From a virus: a stretch of DNA of 57,077 nt. Within the stretch, counting starts at the first letter, position 1; each line of letters opens with the position of its first letter. The DNA is taken from IMG/VR virus record IMGVR_UViG_3300025000_000123, positions 1-57,077 of that record, one strand, 5' to 3'. The notes below the pieces were generated by a model, which made no database searches, was not told the DNA's origin, and saw nothing but the letters and a program-made list of their open reading frames with translations. Shown here one piece after another: positions 16,507 through 26,287 of the stretch. Position numbers and translations under genes: made by a program.

Positions 16507-17004
16507 TCAGGCAGGACATTCCCCGCAAACCCAGCAGGGGCCATGACAGGCCCGCTCCGGGTCAAAGACCGGACGGGCGAAGGCAGACGCCTCATGCCAG
16601 CGACGTGCCGTCAGGAATACCCCGTCACGCCCCAGGGGGCCGGCGACGTTGCCCTCCACGGTGAGAATCAGCCCGGACACCTGGGATGCGAGCACCACCA
16701 GGCCCACGTGTCGAGGGCCTATAAACGCGATATCGCCAGGCTGCGGGTCATTCACCAGCCAGCCGCGTTGGCGGCACGCCTCGAGCCCGATAGGGCAGCT
16801 CGCAAAGCCACTGTAGCCCGGCGCCTGCATCTCCGGCAGGGCAAAGCCCGCGCGCCAGTAGCACCAGCTTACGAACATGGCGCACCAGGGCTGACCGTTC
16901 CAACTCTGGCCGGCGTGCTCGCCGTACCACTTGCCGAACGGGGTCAGGTTCTTGCCACGCTCGAGCACTCCAATCTGAGACCACGCAGCATCAACTACTT
17001 GCAT
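16507..17004 (-). CDS. Endolysin, CHAP-domain peptidoglycan amidase/peptidase
   Basis: GQPWCAMFVSWCYW (catalytic Cys context) and PGDIAFIGPRHVGLVV (His) are typical CHAP motifs. GGAGG RBS. Confidence 0.8.
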   Translation of the reverse strand: MQVVDAAWSQIGVLERGKNLTPFGKWYGEHAGQSWNGQPWCAMFVSWCYWRAGFALPEMQAPGYSGFASCPIGLEACRQRGWLVNDPQPGDIAFIGPRHVGLVVLASQVSGLILTVEGNVAGPLGRDGVFLTARRWHEASAFARPVFDPERACHGPCWVCGECPA

Positions 17005-17077
17005 CACAACCTCCGCAATAGCGCATCAATATTATGTTTTCGCCAGCAGCGGCACTGCCTTTGTTCTCCGTGGTTCC

Positions 17078-17872
17078 TCATGCCGCATCCCCCAGATACC
17101 GCAGCGTCAGGTCGTCGAGGTCCGCCGAAATCTGGGCCACGGTCGCGACTGAAAACTGCCGGAGCGCCAGTCGTCCGTAGGATAACAGTGTCGTGGTGAT
17201 GTCCAGAACGTGCAGTGTGGATAGACGGGTTGGCGGTGTCGTGGCCGTCCCGGTTCCCCATACCCACTCGAGCAATGTCCCGGTGCGCCGGAGCCCCATC
17301 CACCCCGTTCCATCCGTCGCGAATACACCGGCTGCGCCAGTCGCCAGGTTTGTGTTTGTCGAGATCCGCTGTGCCCTCAGTTCCGTCGCATTCGGTCGGT
17401 AGAGCATCGCGTATCTTGTACCCGGCGCACCATTGTCGTCGGCGCAGACCAGCACGTCAGTATTGGCCTCAAACACGCTCGATACGTACCGAGCCAGTAC
17501 CAGCCAATGGTACGGGCTGGCGGCCAGGGACACCCGCGCAGACGGCCCCTCGTAACCATTGATCCCATCGAACCATGCGATTGTGCCAGCGGGTATAATC
17601 ACCCGGCATACCCCGCCAGTAACTGCAGCCGACCCTCCGACCGTACCATTGTTCAGCGTAACGCCGGTTGAATCGGCGAACGTATACTCGTCGGTGGGCA
17701 CCTCCGCCTTATCGGCCTCGAGCGATGCGCGTTGTGTCTGCTCGTATTTCAGACCGTTTGCCAGTTCCTCATCGGGGTTGTAGACGCTCGCCGCCGTTAC
17801 CCGGTCCCCGCTCTCCGGAGTCGAAATCACGCCATCGAATTCAACCGCACTCGCTGTATGTGTCGTCGCCAT
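17078..17872 (-). CDS. Tail fibre / receptor-binding-type protein (264 aa)
   Basis: Last gene of the tail module. GAGGGTG RBS before ATG 17872. Gly/Thr/Ala-rich. Confidence 0.55.
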   Translation of the reverse strand: MATTHTASAVEFDGVISTPESGDRVTAASVYNPDEELANGLKYEQTQRASLEADKAEVPTDEYTFADSTGVTLNNGTVGGSAAVTGGVCRVIIPAGTIAWFDGINGYEGPSARVSLAASPYHWLVLARYVSSVFEANTDVLVCADDNGAPGTRYAMLYRPNATELRAQRISTNTNLATGAAGVFATDGTGWMGLRRTGTLLEWVWGTGTATTPPTRLSTLHVLDITTTLLSYGRLALRQFSVATVAQISADLDDLTLRYLGDAA

Positions 17873-17879
17873 GTCACCC

Positions 17880-19913
17880 TCACTCAAACGTCAAATCGAA
17901 CCCGTCGTAAAGCGCATCCTCACCGTCATAAACCCGGGAGACATACCCCGCCCACGGCCCTTCATACTCGCAGGTCAAGGTAGTCTCGCCGCCTGACTCA
18001 CGCTGGATCGACTCGACGCGCCAGAGCTGCTTGCGGCCCAACAGGGTCTCCTGCTTGACCCGGATCAAATCTCCCAGGGTAACCCACCGATACTCAGGTA
18101 AGCACCGCAGGATGAGTCCGGGTCGGCGAATGCAGCCACGGTAGACCCGGTGGTTCGCCACGTGCGCAGATGTCGCCTCGGCAACAACACAATCCGTCTC
18201 CGCCGTGGTCGCACGCTTGAGCGGGAGTGTCTGCCCGACCGCCCCGTTGCCGAGCTGGCTTGCTCGAGCGTATCCATTGCCCAGTATCCCGGGTTTCGTT
18301 GTGCCACCCGGTCCACCCAGGCTGCCGGAGTCGCCCGTCACAGTCAGCCTGGCTTGATGACTCCCGTAAAAGATCCGCCAGTTGTAGGAGAGTTGGATCT
18401 CGTTTACAACGCTGCTGTCATCAGGCATGCTCACCAGGTCTGCCCGAACTACACCACACGTCTCGTCGTCCAGGTCGATCGTACAGACGACCTCGTCCTG
18501 GTCGGTCTGTGACCAGTCGATCCACCGGATGGCATTACCGTCGCTGTACCACCGGAGCGGCAGCAGCGGAAAGATATGCCCTTCGAGCCATGACCACGAG
18601 TCCGGAGTCGCGGATACCACGTCGTCATTGATCACGGTCGCAATCTGCCATCCGCTGAACCGGGTGCGGTATCCTCGCAGGTCACCCACCGCTACCGGCG
18701 TGCTCATGCTCGAGCGGTCAAGCGCCCACTCACAGACGTCCATAGGATTACTCAGTGCGCCATCACCGCATAGCGAGGTAATGCCCCCGTGTGCCCCGGT
18801 GAGCATGTAGGCAGAGTATGCCTGGTCGGCCAGTCGTCGGATGATCCGGGCATTGAAGGACGGGCTTGACGTGGCGTAGTTGGCCACCAATGTCAGAGTC
18901 GTTCCGTCAATGGAGTCGGCCTCGAGGTAATCATCGTCACCGTCACCCAGTTTTTTGACATGGTCCCCGGGAAGGTATTTGCTCCACCTCGATCCGGTCA
19001 CGTCCGGAGAACCCGCAGTGAACGTGATGGGATTGCTCGCCGTGCCAGAGACTGCCTCATACCAGTCGTGTGTGGTCGTGTAGCAGTTGGTCGCGGCGCT
19101 ATCCGTGGTCGCGGTGATGTCGCCTGTACCGGTGTAAGCGCTGTCGGCGATGATCGACCCCGTTCTCAGCGGGTTCACAAACCAAATATCCCTCGAGGTC
19201 GTTGACCACATCTGCTCGTATGTGATGACGAGCTGGGCGAACCCGAGATCCGAGACTCCCAGCACGGCGTCCATGACGTCCTGGACGCAGAGCAGCGGAG
19301 TAGCGATCTGGCTTTCGGTATCAGCCGGTGCAATAGGGATCGGCGCATACTTCCCCAGGGTATTCTTTGCCCGGGATCCGTCCGACGTTTCCGCCACATC
19401 TGGCCATCTGTCGCTGATGTGTTCCGAACCGGGAGGATAGATCGTCCCTGTGTCTACCACCTCTGACGGCGTAATGGTGAGCTCGATCCGCTCATCGGCG
19501 TGGCCGTAAGAGTAGCCGTTACCGGTGTTTCCGGTCACCCAGATCTCCCGCTCATTCCACGTCTGCTCGATGCCGGTCCGGGTTTCGTTTTCGTCGACCC
19601 AGGAGATATCGGCTACGCCCTCTGTCAGGTCGATGTGTTTTTGCGCCACACCAGCGTATATCTGCCAGTAGATAGAGAGCCTGACCGAACCCGGTGATTC
19701 CTCCATTGCTCTCGTCAGGCTTAGACTGTTGCCCAACAATGGCGGGAATACCAGGACCTTATCCCCGTCCACCACGGTGATATCACTGCCATCAGACATA
19801 GCCGTATCCGAGCAACAAAGCGCCCATCCGCCCTCATCCCGGTGCTGCTCGGTCGGCCACACTGTGACAATCCAATGCCCTGGCCTATGTGCGAGAGCCC
19901 GCGGTGAAGCCAT
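17880..19913 (-). CDS. Tail tip / baseplate-type structural protein (677 aa)
   Basis: Size and position after the tape measure and the 1084-aa tail protein. ATGA coupling at 19913. Confidence 0.65.
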   Translation of the reverse strand: MASPRALAHRPGHWIVTVWPTEQHRDEGGWALCCSDTAMSDGSDITVVDGDKVLVFPPLLGNSLSLTRAMEESPGSVRLSIYWQIYAGVAQKHIDLTEGVADISWVDENETRTGIEQTWNEREIWVTGNTGNGYSYGHADERIELTITPSEVVDTGTIYPPGSEHISDRWPDVAETSDGSRAKNTLGKYAPIPIAPADTESQIATPLLCVQDVMDAVLGVSDLGFAQLVITYEQMWSTTSRDIWFVNPLRTGSIIADSAYTGTGDITATTDSAATNCYTTTHDWYEAVSGTASNPITFTAGSPDVTGSRWSKYLPGDHVKKLGDGDDDYLEADSIDGTTLTLVANYATSSPSFNARIIRRLADQAYSAYMLTGAHGGITSLCGDGALSNPMDVCEWALDRSSMSTPVAVGDLRGYRTRFSGWQIATVINDDVVSATPDSWSWLEGHIFPLLPLRWYSDGNAIRWIDWSQTDQDEVVCTIDLDDETCGVVRADLVSMPDDSSVVNEIQLSYNWRIFYGSHQARLTVTGDSGSLGGPGGTTKPGILGNGYARASQLGNGAVGQTLPLKRATTAETDCVVAEATSAHVANHRVYRGCIRRPGLILRCLPEYRWVTLGDLIRVKQETLLGRKQLWRVESIQRESGGETTLTCEYEGPWAGYVSRVYDGEDALYDGFDLTFE

Positions 19914-22900
19914 CAGACGATTCCCTCGATTGCCAGGTCGGTGTCTACCATTGCCCCCCCCCGGGTGCCTCGCAGGTAGCCCTTTGACGGCGTGGCGGTC
20001 ACGTCCACGATCCGTCCATACAGCCAGTCATCCCCGCCCCTGAGCACCAGGTTGGCCGCGGTCAAGTCCGTCCCGTAGAGGTCCACCTCGCGGATCCAGA
20101 TCAGTGGCTTGCTCTGTCCGTTGCGTTCGACGCACGTAATCAGAGCGTCAAGGTTGGAGTCCAGAGCGGCCATCGGCGTAGAGTTTGACCCCTGGCTGTC
20201 GATGGCCACGCCACCGACGTAGCGGTTATCCTGCACCACTACAGCCCTGAATGGCGCGCGCTCATCCCGGGTTGATGGTGCCAACTGCCGCCCCAGGCTA
20301 TAGCCGAACGGGAGTTTGACCACCTCGTCATTGCTGCGATAGGTGACCTGCGCGCCGACGTCGGCCTGCTTCGGCAGCCAGATCACTTTCAGCGGCAGAA
20401 TCTTGCCGATGGTTGCCGACGTCGCCCACGGACCATGCGACCACCTCAGGCGATAGTACCGGCTCGAGGATGCCCCCTGGTACCCGAGCACCAGGGCCTG
20501 TTTCGCGTAGGCCCCGACCCCGCTCGAGGCAGCTGCTGCAGAGCTCTGGAGCATGGCGCCCCAGGTACCCAAAAGAGGCGTGCCAGAGAACCTGATGTGC
20601 ATCTGTTTCGAGCCGCTGGTGTTGCTGAAACTGCCCGCGGTATTGTGGACCACCCGGTCATAGACGATTGTTCCGGCAGTGTCTTTGACCCGGGCCACCC
20701 TGCCCACGAGCTCATCTTCCCGGTAGATTCTCGCGTTGCCGTTCGTGCCGTCCGGGCGCAGCCACAGGTCAGTCACGCTGTCACGTGTCCACGCGGCCAG
20801 GTTTGGGACGACGCTGTCGAGCATGGGCATCGTGAGCAGATTGGACCAGGCCGCCCCGGTGTACCGGTCGAGCCAGAACCCGTCAGCACCGTCCACACCC
20901 AGGACGGCGAGCCCGATCCAGTCGGAGATCCTGCCCTCGTATGCCGCCCCCATGTCCAGAACCACCTGGTGATAGCCCTCGGGCAGTGCGTCCTCCCCGC
21001 TGACAAAGGCCTGTCTGGGAGACGGAGACGTCAGGATATTCAGCGCCCGCCAGAGCCCCCGCTGACTGTGCGTGGTCACCTGATAGACGTCGGATCCCTC
21101 GAACGGACCGCCACGCCCCATCACGCTCACACCGTCGCGCAACAGCCAGGGTTTGGTACTGACTGGCACCCCGTACAGGTCACGGACGGAGTATCCGTTG
21201 GCCATGTTCTCCGTCGCCACGGTCGCGCGCACCAGATACCAGGTAGACGCAGACGTTGAGCCGGCAGTGACGGCGCCGATCCGGACGCAACGGTTGCCGG
21301 TGAATGCCCCGTCTGTCAGGGCCTGGCCCTCGATCACAGTCTCCCATTTGACGCCGTGCAGGTCTCGCCAGTAGACGGACAGAACAGCATCTGCAAGGTA
21401 AGCGGTTACCTCGATCGGCGCCCCGGATGTGATGGTTACCGGCGCTCCTACAAGCGCAGCAGCCTGCACGTCGTAGACTTGGATCTGTGTGGCAGTCAGA
21501 CGGATGGACGCGATAACGGTAGCAGCCCCGCCGTTGCTGGCCTCGAGTTGGAACGCGATCGCATCGCTGGCCAGGGACCCGCCAGATGTCGGCTTGCCGA
21601 CGGCCATGGCATTCAGGTAATTGCCGCCGGCAAGCGTCAACTCACTGTATCCCTGTTGCACTACGGCGGTTATCGTGTAGTCTAGGGTCGCCGCTCCCAG
21701 GGTTTCCGCTGCTGCCCCTGTATATGTCCACCCTCGATCCGATGGAACGTCAGTTGGGGTGTAGAGGTATCCAGACCCGTTGATGTGGGTGAAATTTGAG
21801 TACCCGCCCACCCGGATAGCAGCGATCGAATACTGCAGGGTAGCAGTCACGCACGCTAAATTCCCGATGAGGAGAAACGACCCGGACGCGTAAACCGCTG
21901 ACATCGTATAGATCCCAGACGTCAACACACTTGCGGCAGATTCCTCGAGCCCTAGAGAACTGTAATCGCTCTCGCCTGTCATGCTGGTCCATGTAGTCCC
22001 CAGGTCATGAGATGCTACACACCGCTTCGTCCCGGCATCGACGTTGCCGTGGTTAAACAGGTAGATACGGCTATCCGGGGTGACGGCCAGGGCAACGTTA
22101 TACTCAAACGTCTGGATTGTGTAGGAGCTGATATCAACCGTCGTCCATGTAATCTGATTGGCGGTCTTTCGTTTGAGGCTGACATCATCCACCGCGGCCC
22201 CGGATTCGGTCACGTAGACGTAAACCACGGTCCCATTGACGCACACCAGGTCATGCCCTCTGACGTCTGCCGTGGTCGATCCCGCTGTCCACTTCCCGCC
22301 GTTGGAGACGTAGTGCAGGCCGGTATAGGTGCCTGCGTTGTTGCGCCTCACAACCAGGGTATAAGTTGCACTCTTCGGGTCGTAGACGACTCTCAGCTTG
22401 TCGTAATGGATCGATGCCGTGGTCGGGAACTCGAGTAGCTTCTTGCCGGCGTTTGACCAGCTGGTCCCGTCGTTCTTGCTGATATCCTTCCTGAGCCATC
22501 CTGACCCGCCAGAGTATTCGATGCTGACGATCTCCCAGACCCCGGGTTTACTTATCACGCACGGGTTAGCGTGGTTGTTGGCGTCGAATGCTGTCGATGT
22601 CTCCCATACCTCAACCGGTGCGCTCCATGTCGCCGTCTCGCCGTCCGAGTCGGGCTGTGTACCGGCGATGGAGACCACTCTATCCGGTGCCGCCACCCAG
22701 TCCTCGGCTGCAACAATCACAGTACCATCCAGAGCAGACGCCGCATGCGGTGCCTGGTATCCGGTGGTTCCACTGGCGTCGTGGACAACGGTCTGGAAAC
22801 CGATGGTTCTGTCGAGGTCCCACCCGTATTGAGTTGTCCCTGAGTCGTCGCTCCACGAAAAGGACGCATCCTCATCGGGGTAACCACCGTCGATGATTGT

Positions 22901-23167
22901 CAGGTCCAAAGTCGTTGCGCTCGATGGTGTCCCCACGGCAGTTAGACGCGGAGGGGCTATCGCCGTCTGCTCGCCTGCATTGTTGCTGCCAGGCTCGACG
23001 GTCGGCTCGAGAGACGATTCGAGGTAATCTGACTCGAGCGTCCCGGGCGTCCCTGGAGTCGCCGTGTTTCCGGCGAACTTGTGCTCACTGAAGTCCTCGT
23101 CGATGAGGCAGCAGGCAGACCATGTGTAGAGCGTGTGCAGAGCCATTAGGACCCCTATCCATCTCAT
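19913..23167 (-). CDS. Large tail protein (1084 aa) with Asp-box (BNR) motif(s)
   Basis: First gene after the tape measure. Canonical Asp-box SHDLGTTW and a degenerate one, SKNDGTSW. GGGGAG RBS. Confidence 0.7.
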   Translation of the reverse strand: MRWIGVLMALHTLYTWSACCLIDEDFSEHKFAGNTATPGTPGTLESDYLESSLEPTVEPGSNNAGEQTAIAPPRLTAVGTPSSATTLDLTIIDGGYPDEDASFSWSDDSGTTQYGWDLDRTIGFQTVVHDASGTTGYQAPHAASALDGTVIVAAEDWVAAPDRVVSIAGTQPDSDGETATWSAPVEVWETSTAFDANNHANPCVISKPGVWEIVSIEYSGGSGWLRKDISKNDGTSWSNAGKKLLEFPTTASIHYDKLRVVYDPKSATYTLVVRRNNAGTYTGLHYVSNGGKWTAGSTTADVRGHDLVCVNGTVVYVYVTESGAAVDDVSLKRKTANQITWTTVDISSYTIQTFEYNVALAVTPDSRIYLFNHGNVDAGTKRCVASHDLGTTWTSMTGESDYSSLGLEESAASVLTSGIYTMSAVYASGSFLLIGNLACVTATLQYSIAAIRVGGYSNFTHINGSGYLYTPTDVPSDRGWTYTGAAAETLGAATLDYTITAVVQQGYSELTLAGGNYLNAMAVGKPTSGGSLASDAIAFQLEASNGGAATVIASIRLTATQIQVYDVQAAALVGAPVTITSGAPIEVTAYLADAVLSVYWRDLHGVKWETVIEGQALTDGAFTGNRCVRIGAVTAGSTSASTWYLVRATVATENMANGYSVRDLYGVPVSTKPWLLRDGVSVMGRGGPFEGSDVYQVTTHSQRGLWRALNILTSPSPRQAFVSGEDALPEGYHQVVLDMGAAYEGRISDWIGLAVLGVDGADGFWLDRYTGAAWSNLLTMPMLDSVVPNLAAWTRDSVTDLWLRPDGTNGNARIYREDELVGRVARVKDTAGTIVYDRVVHNTAGSFSNTSGSKQMHIRFSGTPLLGTWGAMLQSSAAAASSGVGAYAKQALVLGYQGASSSRYYRLRWSHGPWATSATIGKILPLKVIWLPKQADVGAQVTYRSNDEVVKLPFGYSLGRQLAPSTRDERAPFRAVVVQDNRYVGGVAIDSQGSNSTPMAALDSNLDALITCVERNGQSKPLIWIREVDLYGTDLTAANLVLRGGDDWLYGRIVDVTATPSKGYLRGTRGGAMVDTDLAIEGIV

Positions 23168-23191
23168 GTGTCACTCCCCGGCGAGCCGGGG

Positions 23192-25888
23192 TCAGCGTAA
23201 TGCGCCAGCCGGCCTCGCAAAGATTACCTGGGTGCGTCGCCCGCTCGAGACACGCTGGTCTCGGAGCAATTCGTTCTGCTCCCGGAGCAGGCTGATTATT
23301 GTTTGCTGATTCTGGCCCATGTTGCGCCAGATAGCAAGGGCGTCGTTTGGCCCGCCTGCCTGCCCGATGTAGGCTTTATCCCCAGGTGCCAGGATTACGG
23401 CCTGTTGTCGGGTGCTCGCCTGGATGATTGAGTCGGTGCTCATCACCGGAGGCGCCCCGGTAATCTGCTGAGCTGAGAACCCGCCGCCTGACGTCCCTGT
23501 CTCTATCCCCAGAAACTCCAGGATGCCGCTGAACCACGCTTTGATCCCGTCCCAGATTCCAAAGAACCACCCGGAGATCTTGTCAACCACCCAGTCTCCG
23601 GCGCCAGTTATCGCGTCCCAGACGAATGAAGCTTCACCCTTCCAGATCTCGAGTAACCCTTTGCCCACCTCGACCACGAAGTGATAGGCGAGCTCTACCA
23701 CCCCCCAGATCAGGATGTCCAGGTTCTGGCCGATGCCGATCACGATTGCCTTTGCGATCTCGACGAATAGCGGCACACCCTCAGTTGCCAGGATGTGCAT
23801 CGCCTCGGCAACGGCGTCTGCAATGTCGCCCCATACCTGAGGGTTTTTCGACACCCCTCTCAGCACCTCGACCAGGCCCTGAGCGGTGTCAACGATGAGT
23901 CCGGACCAGTCGAAATTGGCGATGGAGTCAGCCACGTATTCGGCGATGTCGATCGACTCTCCGTCTATGACCCCGCTCATGAGGTCAGACAGGCTCGCGC
24001 CCGTCACCAAGGAGACGAATTGATCCAGATAGGACAGTCCGGCGGTAATGGTCGCCACGACGCCATCGATGGCGATCTTAATGCCGGCCATGGTCTCCTG
24101 AACGACGTCCTTGATGCCGGTCAGAGTCTTGACGATGCGCGGATACTCCCGCTCGAGCGCGCGCCCGAATGCCGTACCAGCGCGCGCTCCCTCTTCGACT
24201 GCCAGGCGCTCGATCTCGTAGGTTTGGTTAAACAGGGCCAGGCGCTTGTCGAGCCTGTCCTTGACGTCGGCAAGCGCCTGGTCGCGCGACGTCCGGAAGA
24301 AGTCATTGAGCGCCTGTTCCCCTTTTTCCCGCTCAGCATTGACGCGCCTGGTTTCCTCGAGCAGGCTCTTGAAGTATCGCTCGTCAATCGCGGCGCGCTC
24401 GTCTGCCAGGGCTTCCGCAGCGTCTGCCGCCTCCTGTGTGTACTCCCGGTCTGCAATGGTGAGGTCGGTGATCGTCTTGATGAGCTTTTCGGCCTCTGCC
24501 CGGTAGTCTGCCGTGCCCAGTTTCAGGTCTTTTAGTCCCTCAACAAGTGGCGCCCCGAAGAAGTCGTAGAGAATGCCAGCCTGTGCTTTGTTGATCTCAT
24601 TGTTGACAACGGCGAACGCCTCGAGGTACTGCGCAGCGGTGTCAGCGCCCAACTTTTTTGCGATTGAACTGCTTGCCTTTGCAGCCAGACTCTGGATGCT
24701 GAACGACCCGATCTCCACGATAATCTTCCGGACGATGTCGGCAGCGGTGCCCATCTGTCGGAACGCGTCCAGCCCCTGCAGCCCCAGGGCGGTCAGATTG
24801 ATCGACGCTTCCCGGACGGCCGGCCCGAACTTTTCCGCCACATCCACGACAAACCGCTTGCCGACAACGCCCATTGCGGAGACGGATGCGCTTGCCTCCT
24901 CGAGGTTCCGGAGTTGATCGCCGGTGATCAACTCGAAGCCCTTGATATCCTGAAACTTTACCAGTTCCTCGTTGAAGTCGGCAGCCTTTGCCACCGCCCC
25001 GACAATCGCCGCCGTCAGGGCAGCAGCACCCGCAGCCAGGGCAGCGACCGCAGCAACAGCGACGCCCGCAGCCATGCCGACTTTGAGCAGCTTGACGGCG
25101 CCTTCACCCCCGGTTTCCTGCATTGTCTCAAGCGAATCGGATGCCATTTTGAACTTGGAGATCAACCCGGCGAAAGGTAGCCCGGTAGCGTCTGCCGCGG
25201 TCTCAAGCGAATCGAGGTATTTTTTCTGCCGGGTGAAGCCCTCTGCCAATGCCTCGTTGCGCTCCTGCTCTGCCTTCTCGAGCGCCTCGACCCGACTGCG
25301 AACGGCCGTGACTTTGGCCTGGTATTCCGCCGTCGCTTTGGTCGCGTCGTCGGTGTTGAATTCAAGCTCTGCCAACTGGTCGTTGAGATCGTTGATCTGC
25401 TTGGCGTAGGAGTCACCGGCGTTGTTGATCAGGACGAAGTTGACGTTGAGTTTCTGGAGCAGTTCGTTTTGCTCTTGGAAGAGCATCGACAGGCTCATCC
25501 CGCCGTTCATCAGCTCGCGGAATTCACGCACCGTCTTCTGAACTTGCAGATTCTCAAGCGCTACCTTGTATTCCTGCGTTGCCTTGACCTGGTCCGACGT
25601 TTCCTTTTCCAAGCGCTCGAGCATGAGCGCTGTCTTCTGAGCCGGCGTCAGGGCCTGGTTGTACGCCTGGCTTAACAACTTGGTCGCATCTACCTGGTCG
25701 GCAGTGACGTCAAACCAGCTTGAGCCGACCCGGACCAGCTTCTTAACAGAGTCCTCGGTCAGCTTTGCCGCCTGCACGGCCTCGAGCTCGATGTCGGAAA
25801 GTCGTTTGACTTCGCTTGTGAGCGTGCGGATGGGTTCCCCGTCAACGTCGTAAATGATTCTGGTCCTGACGATTTCCTCTACTGCCAT
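23192..25888 (-). CDS. Tape measure protein (898 aa)
   Basis: Long Ala/Glu/Leu-rich helical protein with a central hydrophobic Ala/Val/Gly stretch. Lies after the G/GT chaperones. ATG 25888 overlaps the upstream stop. Confidence 0.85.
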   Translation of the reverse strand: MAVEEIVRTRIIYDVDGEPIRTLTSEVKRLSDIELEAVQAAKLTEDSVKKLVRVGSSWFDVTADQVDATKLLSQAYNQALTPAQKTALMLERLEKETSDQVKATQEYKVALENLQVQKTVREFRELMNGGMSLSMLFQEQNELLQKLNVNFVLINNAGDSYAKQINDLNDQLAELEFNTDDATKATAEYQAKVTAVRSRVEALEKAEQERNEALAEGFTRQKKYLDSLETAADATGLPFAGLISKFKMASDSLETMQETGGEGAVKLLKVGMAAGVAVAAVAALAAGAAALTAAIVGAVAKAADFNEELVKFQDIKGFELITGDQLRNLEEASASVSAMGVVGKRFVVDVAEKFGPAVREASINLTALGLQGLDAFRQMGTAADIVRKIIVEIGSFSIQSLAAKASSSIAKKLGADTAAQYLEAFAVVNNEINKAQAGILYDFFGAPLVEGLKDLKLGTADYRAEAEKLIKTITDLTIADREYTQEAADAAEALADERAAIDERYFKSLLEETRRVNAEREKGEQALNDFFRTSRDQALADVKDRLDKRLALFNQTYEIERLAVEEGARAGTAFGRALEREYPRIVKTLTGIKDVVQETMAGIKIAIDGVVATITAGLSYLDQFVSLVTGASLSDLMSGVIDGESIDIAEYVADSIANFDWSGLIVDTAQGLVEVLRGVSKNPQVWGDIADAVAEAMHILATEGVPLFVEIAKAIVIGIGQNLDILIWGVVELAYHFVVEVGKGLLEIWKGEASFVWDAITGAGDWVVDKISGWFFGIWDGIKAWFSGILEFLGIETGTSGGGFSAQQITGAPPVMSTDSIIQASTRQQAVILAPGDKAYIGQAGGPNDALAIWRNMGQNQQTIISLLREQNELLRDQRVSSGRRTQVIFARPAGALR

Positions 25889-26286
25889 TGCAGACTCTCG
25901 ATTCCAAATGCCTGCCGGAAACGCTCTGTCACTGCCCGGCCGATTGACGTCAGGGAGTAGGGCACCGAACCCCTGACCGCCCATGGTCTCGCGGTTCCCT
26001 GCCCCTTCCTGGTGTAGCCCAACTCGACGTAGTAGGAATATCCGGATGTGTTCTCGATCACGAGGACGTTAAAAGCCTCGGTATAGAGACGCCACGTCTT
26101 CTTGGATCGGTTTCTCTGGTAAGGGTGTGTTTCCGCCCGGTCCGGTCCGGGCCAGGTTTCGATGGCGGCCTCGAGGCCCAGCTCGCCCGCGGCTTTGAGT
26201 GCGCGGGAGGCAGCCTGATCCACCGCGCGTTCGGTGCGGGCCAGGATGTCGAGTAGTTGGTTGCCCACATCCATATCCACGGGCAC
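25879..26286 (-). CDS. HK97 gp10-like tail/neck component
   Basis: SGYSYYVELGY resembles the YAxxVEFG signature of the gp10 family. Position is unusual (between GT and the tape measure). Confidence 0.5.
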   Translation of the reverse strand: MPVDMDVGNQLLDILARTERAVDQAASRALKAAGELGLEAAIETWPGPDRAETHPYQRNRSKKTWRLYTEAFNVLVIENTSGYSYYVELGYTRKGQGTARPWAVRGSVPYSLTSIGRAVTERFRQAFGIESLQWQ

Positions 26287-26287
26287 C

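Noticed and set aside
17078-23167. Diversity-generating retroelement targeting the tail fibre genes
   Set aside because: No reverse transcriptase gene and no template/variable repeat pair could be found anywhere in the window.
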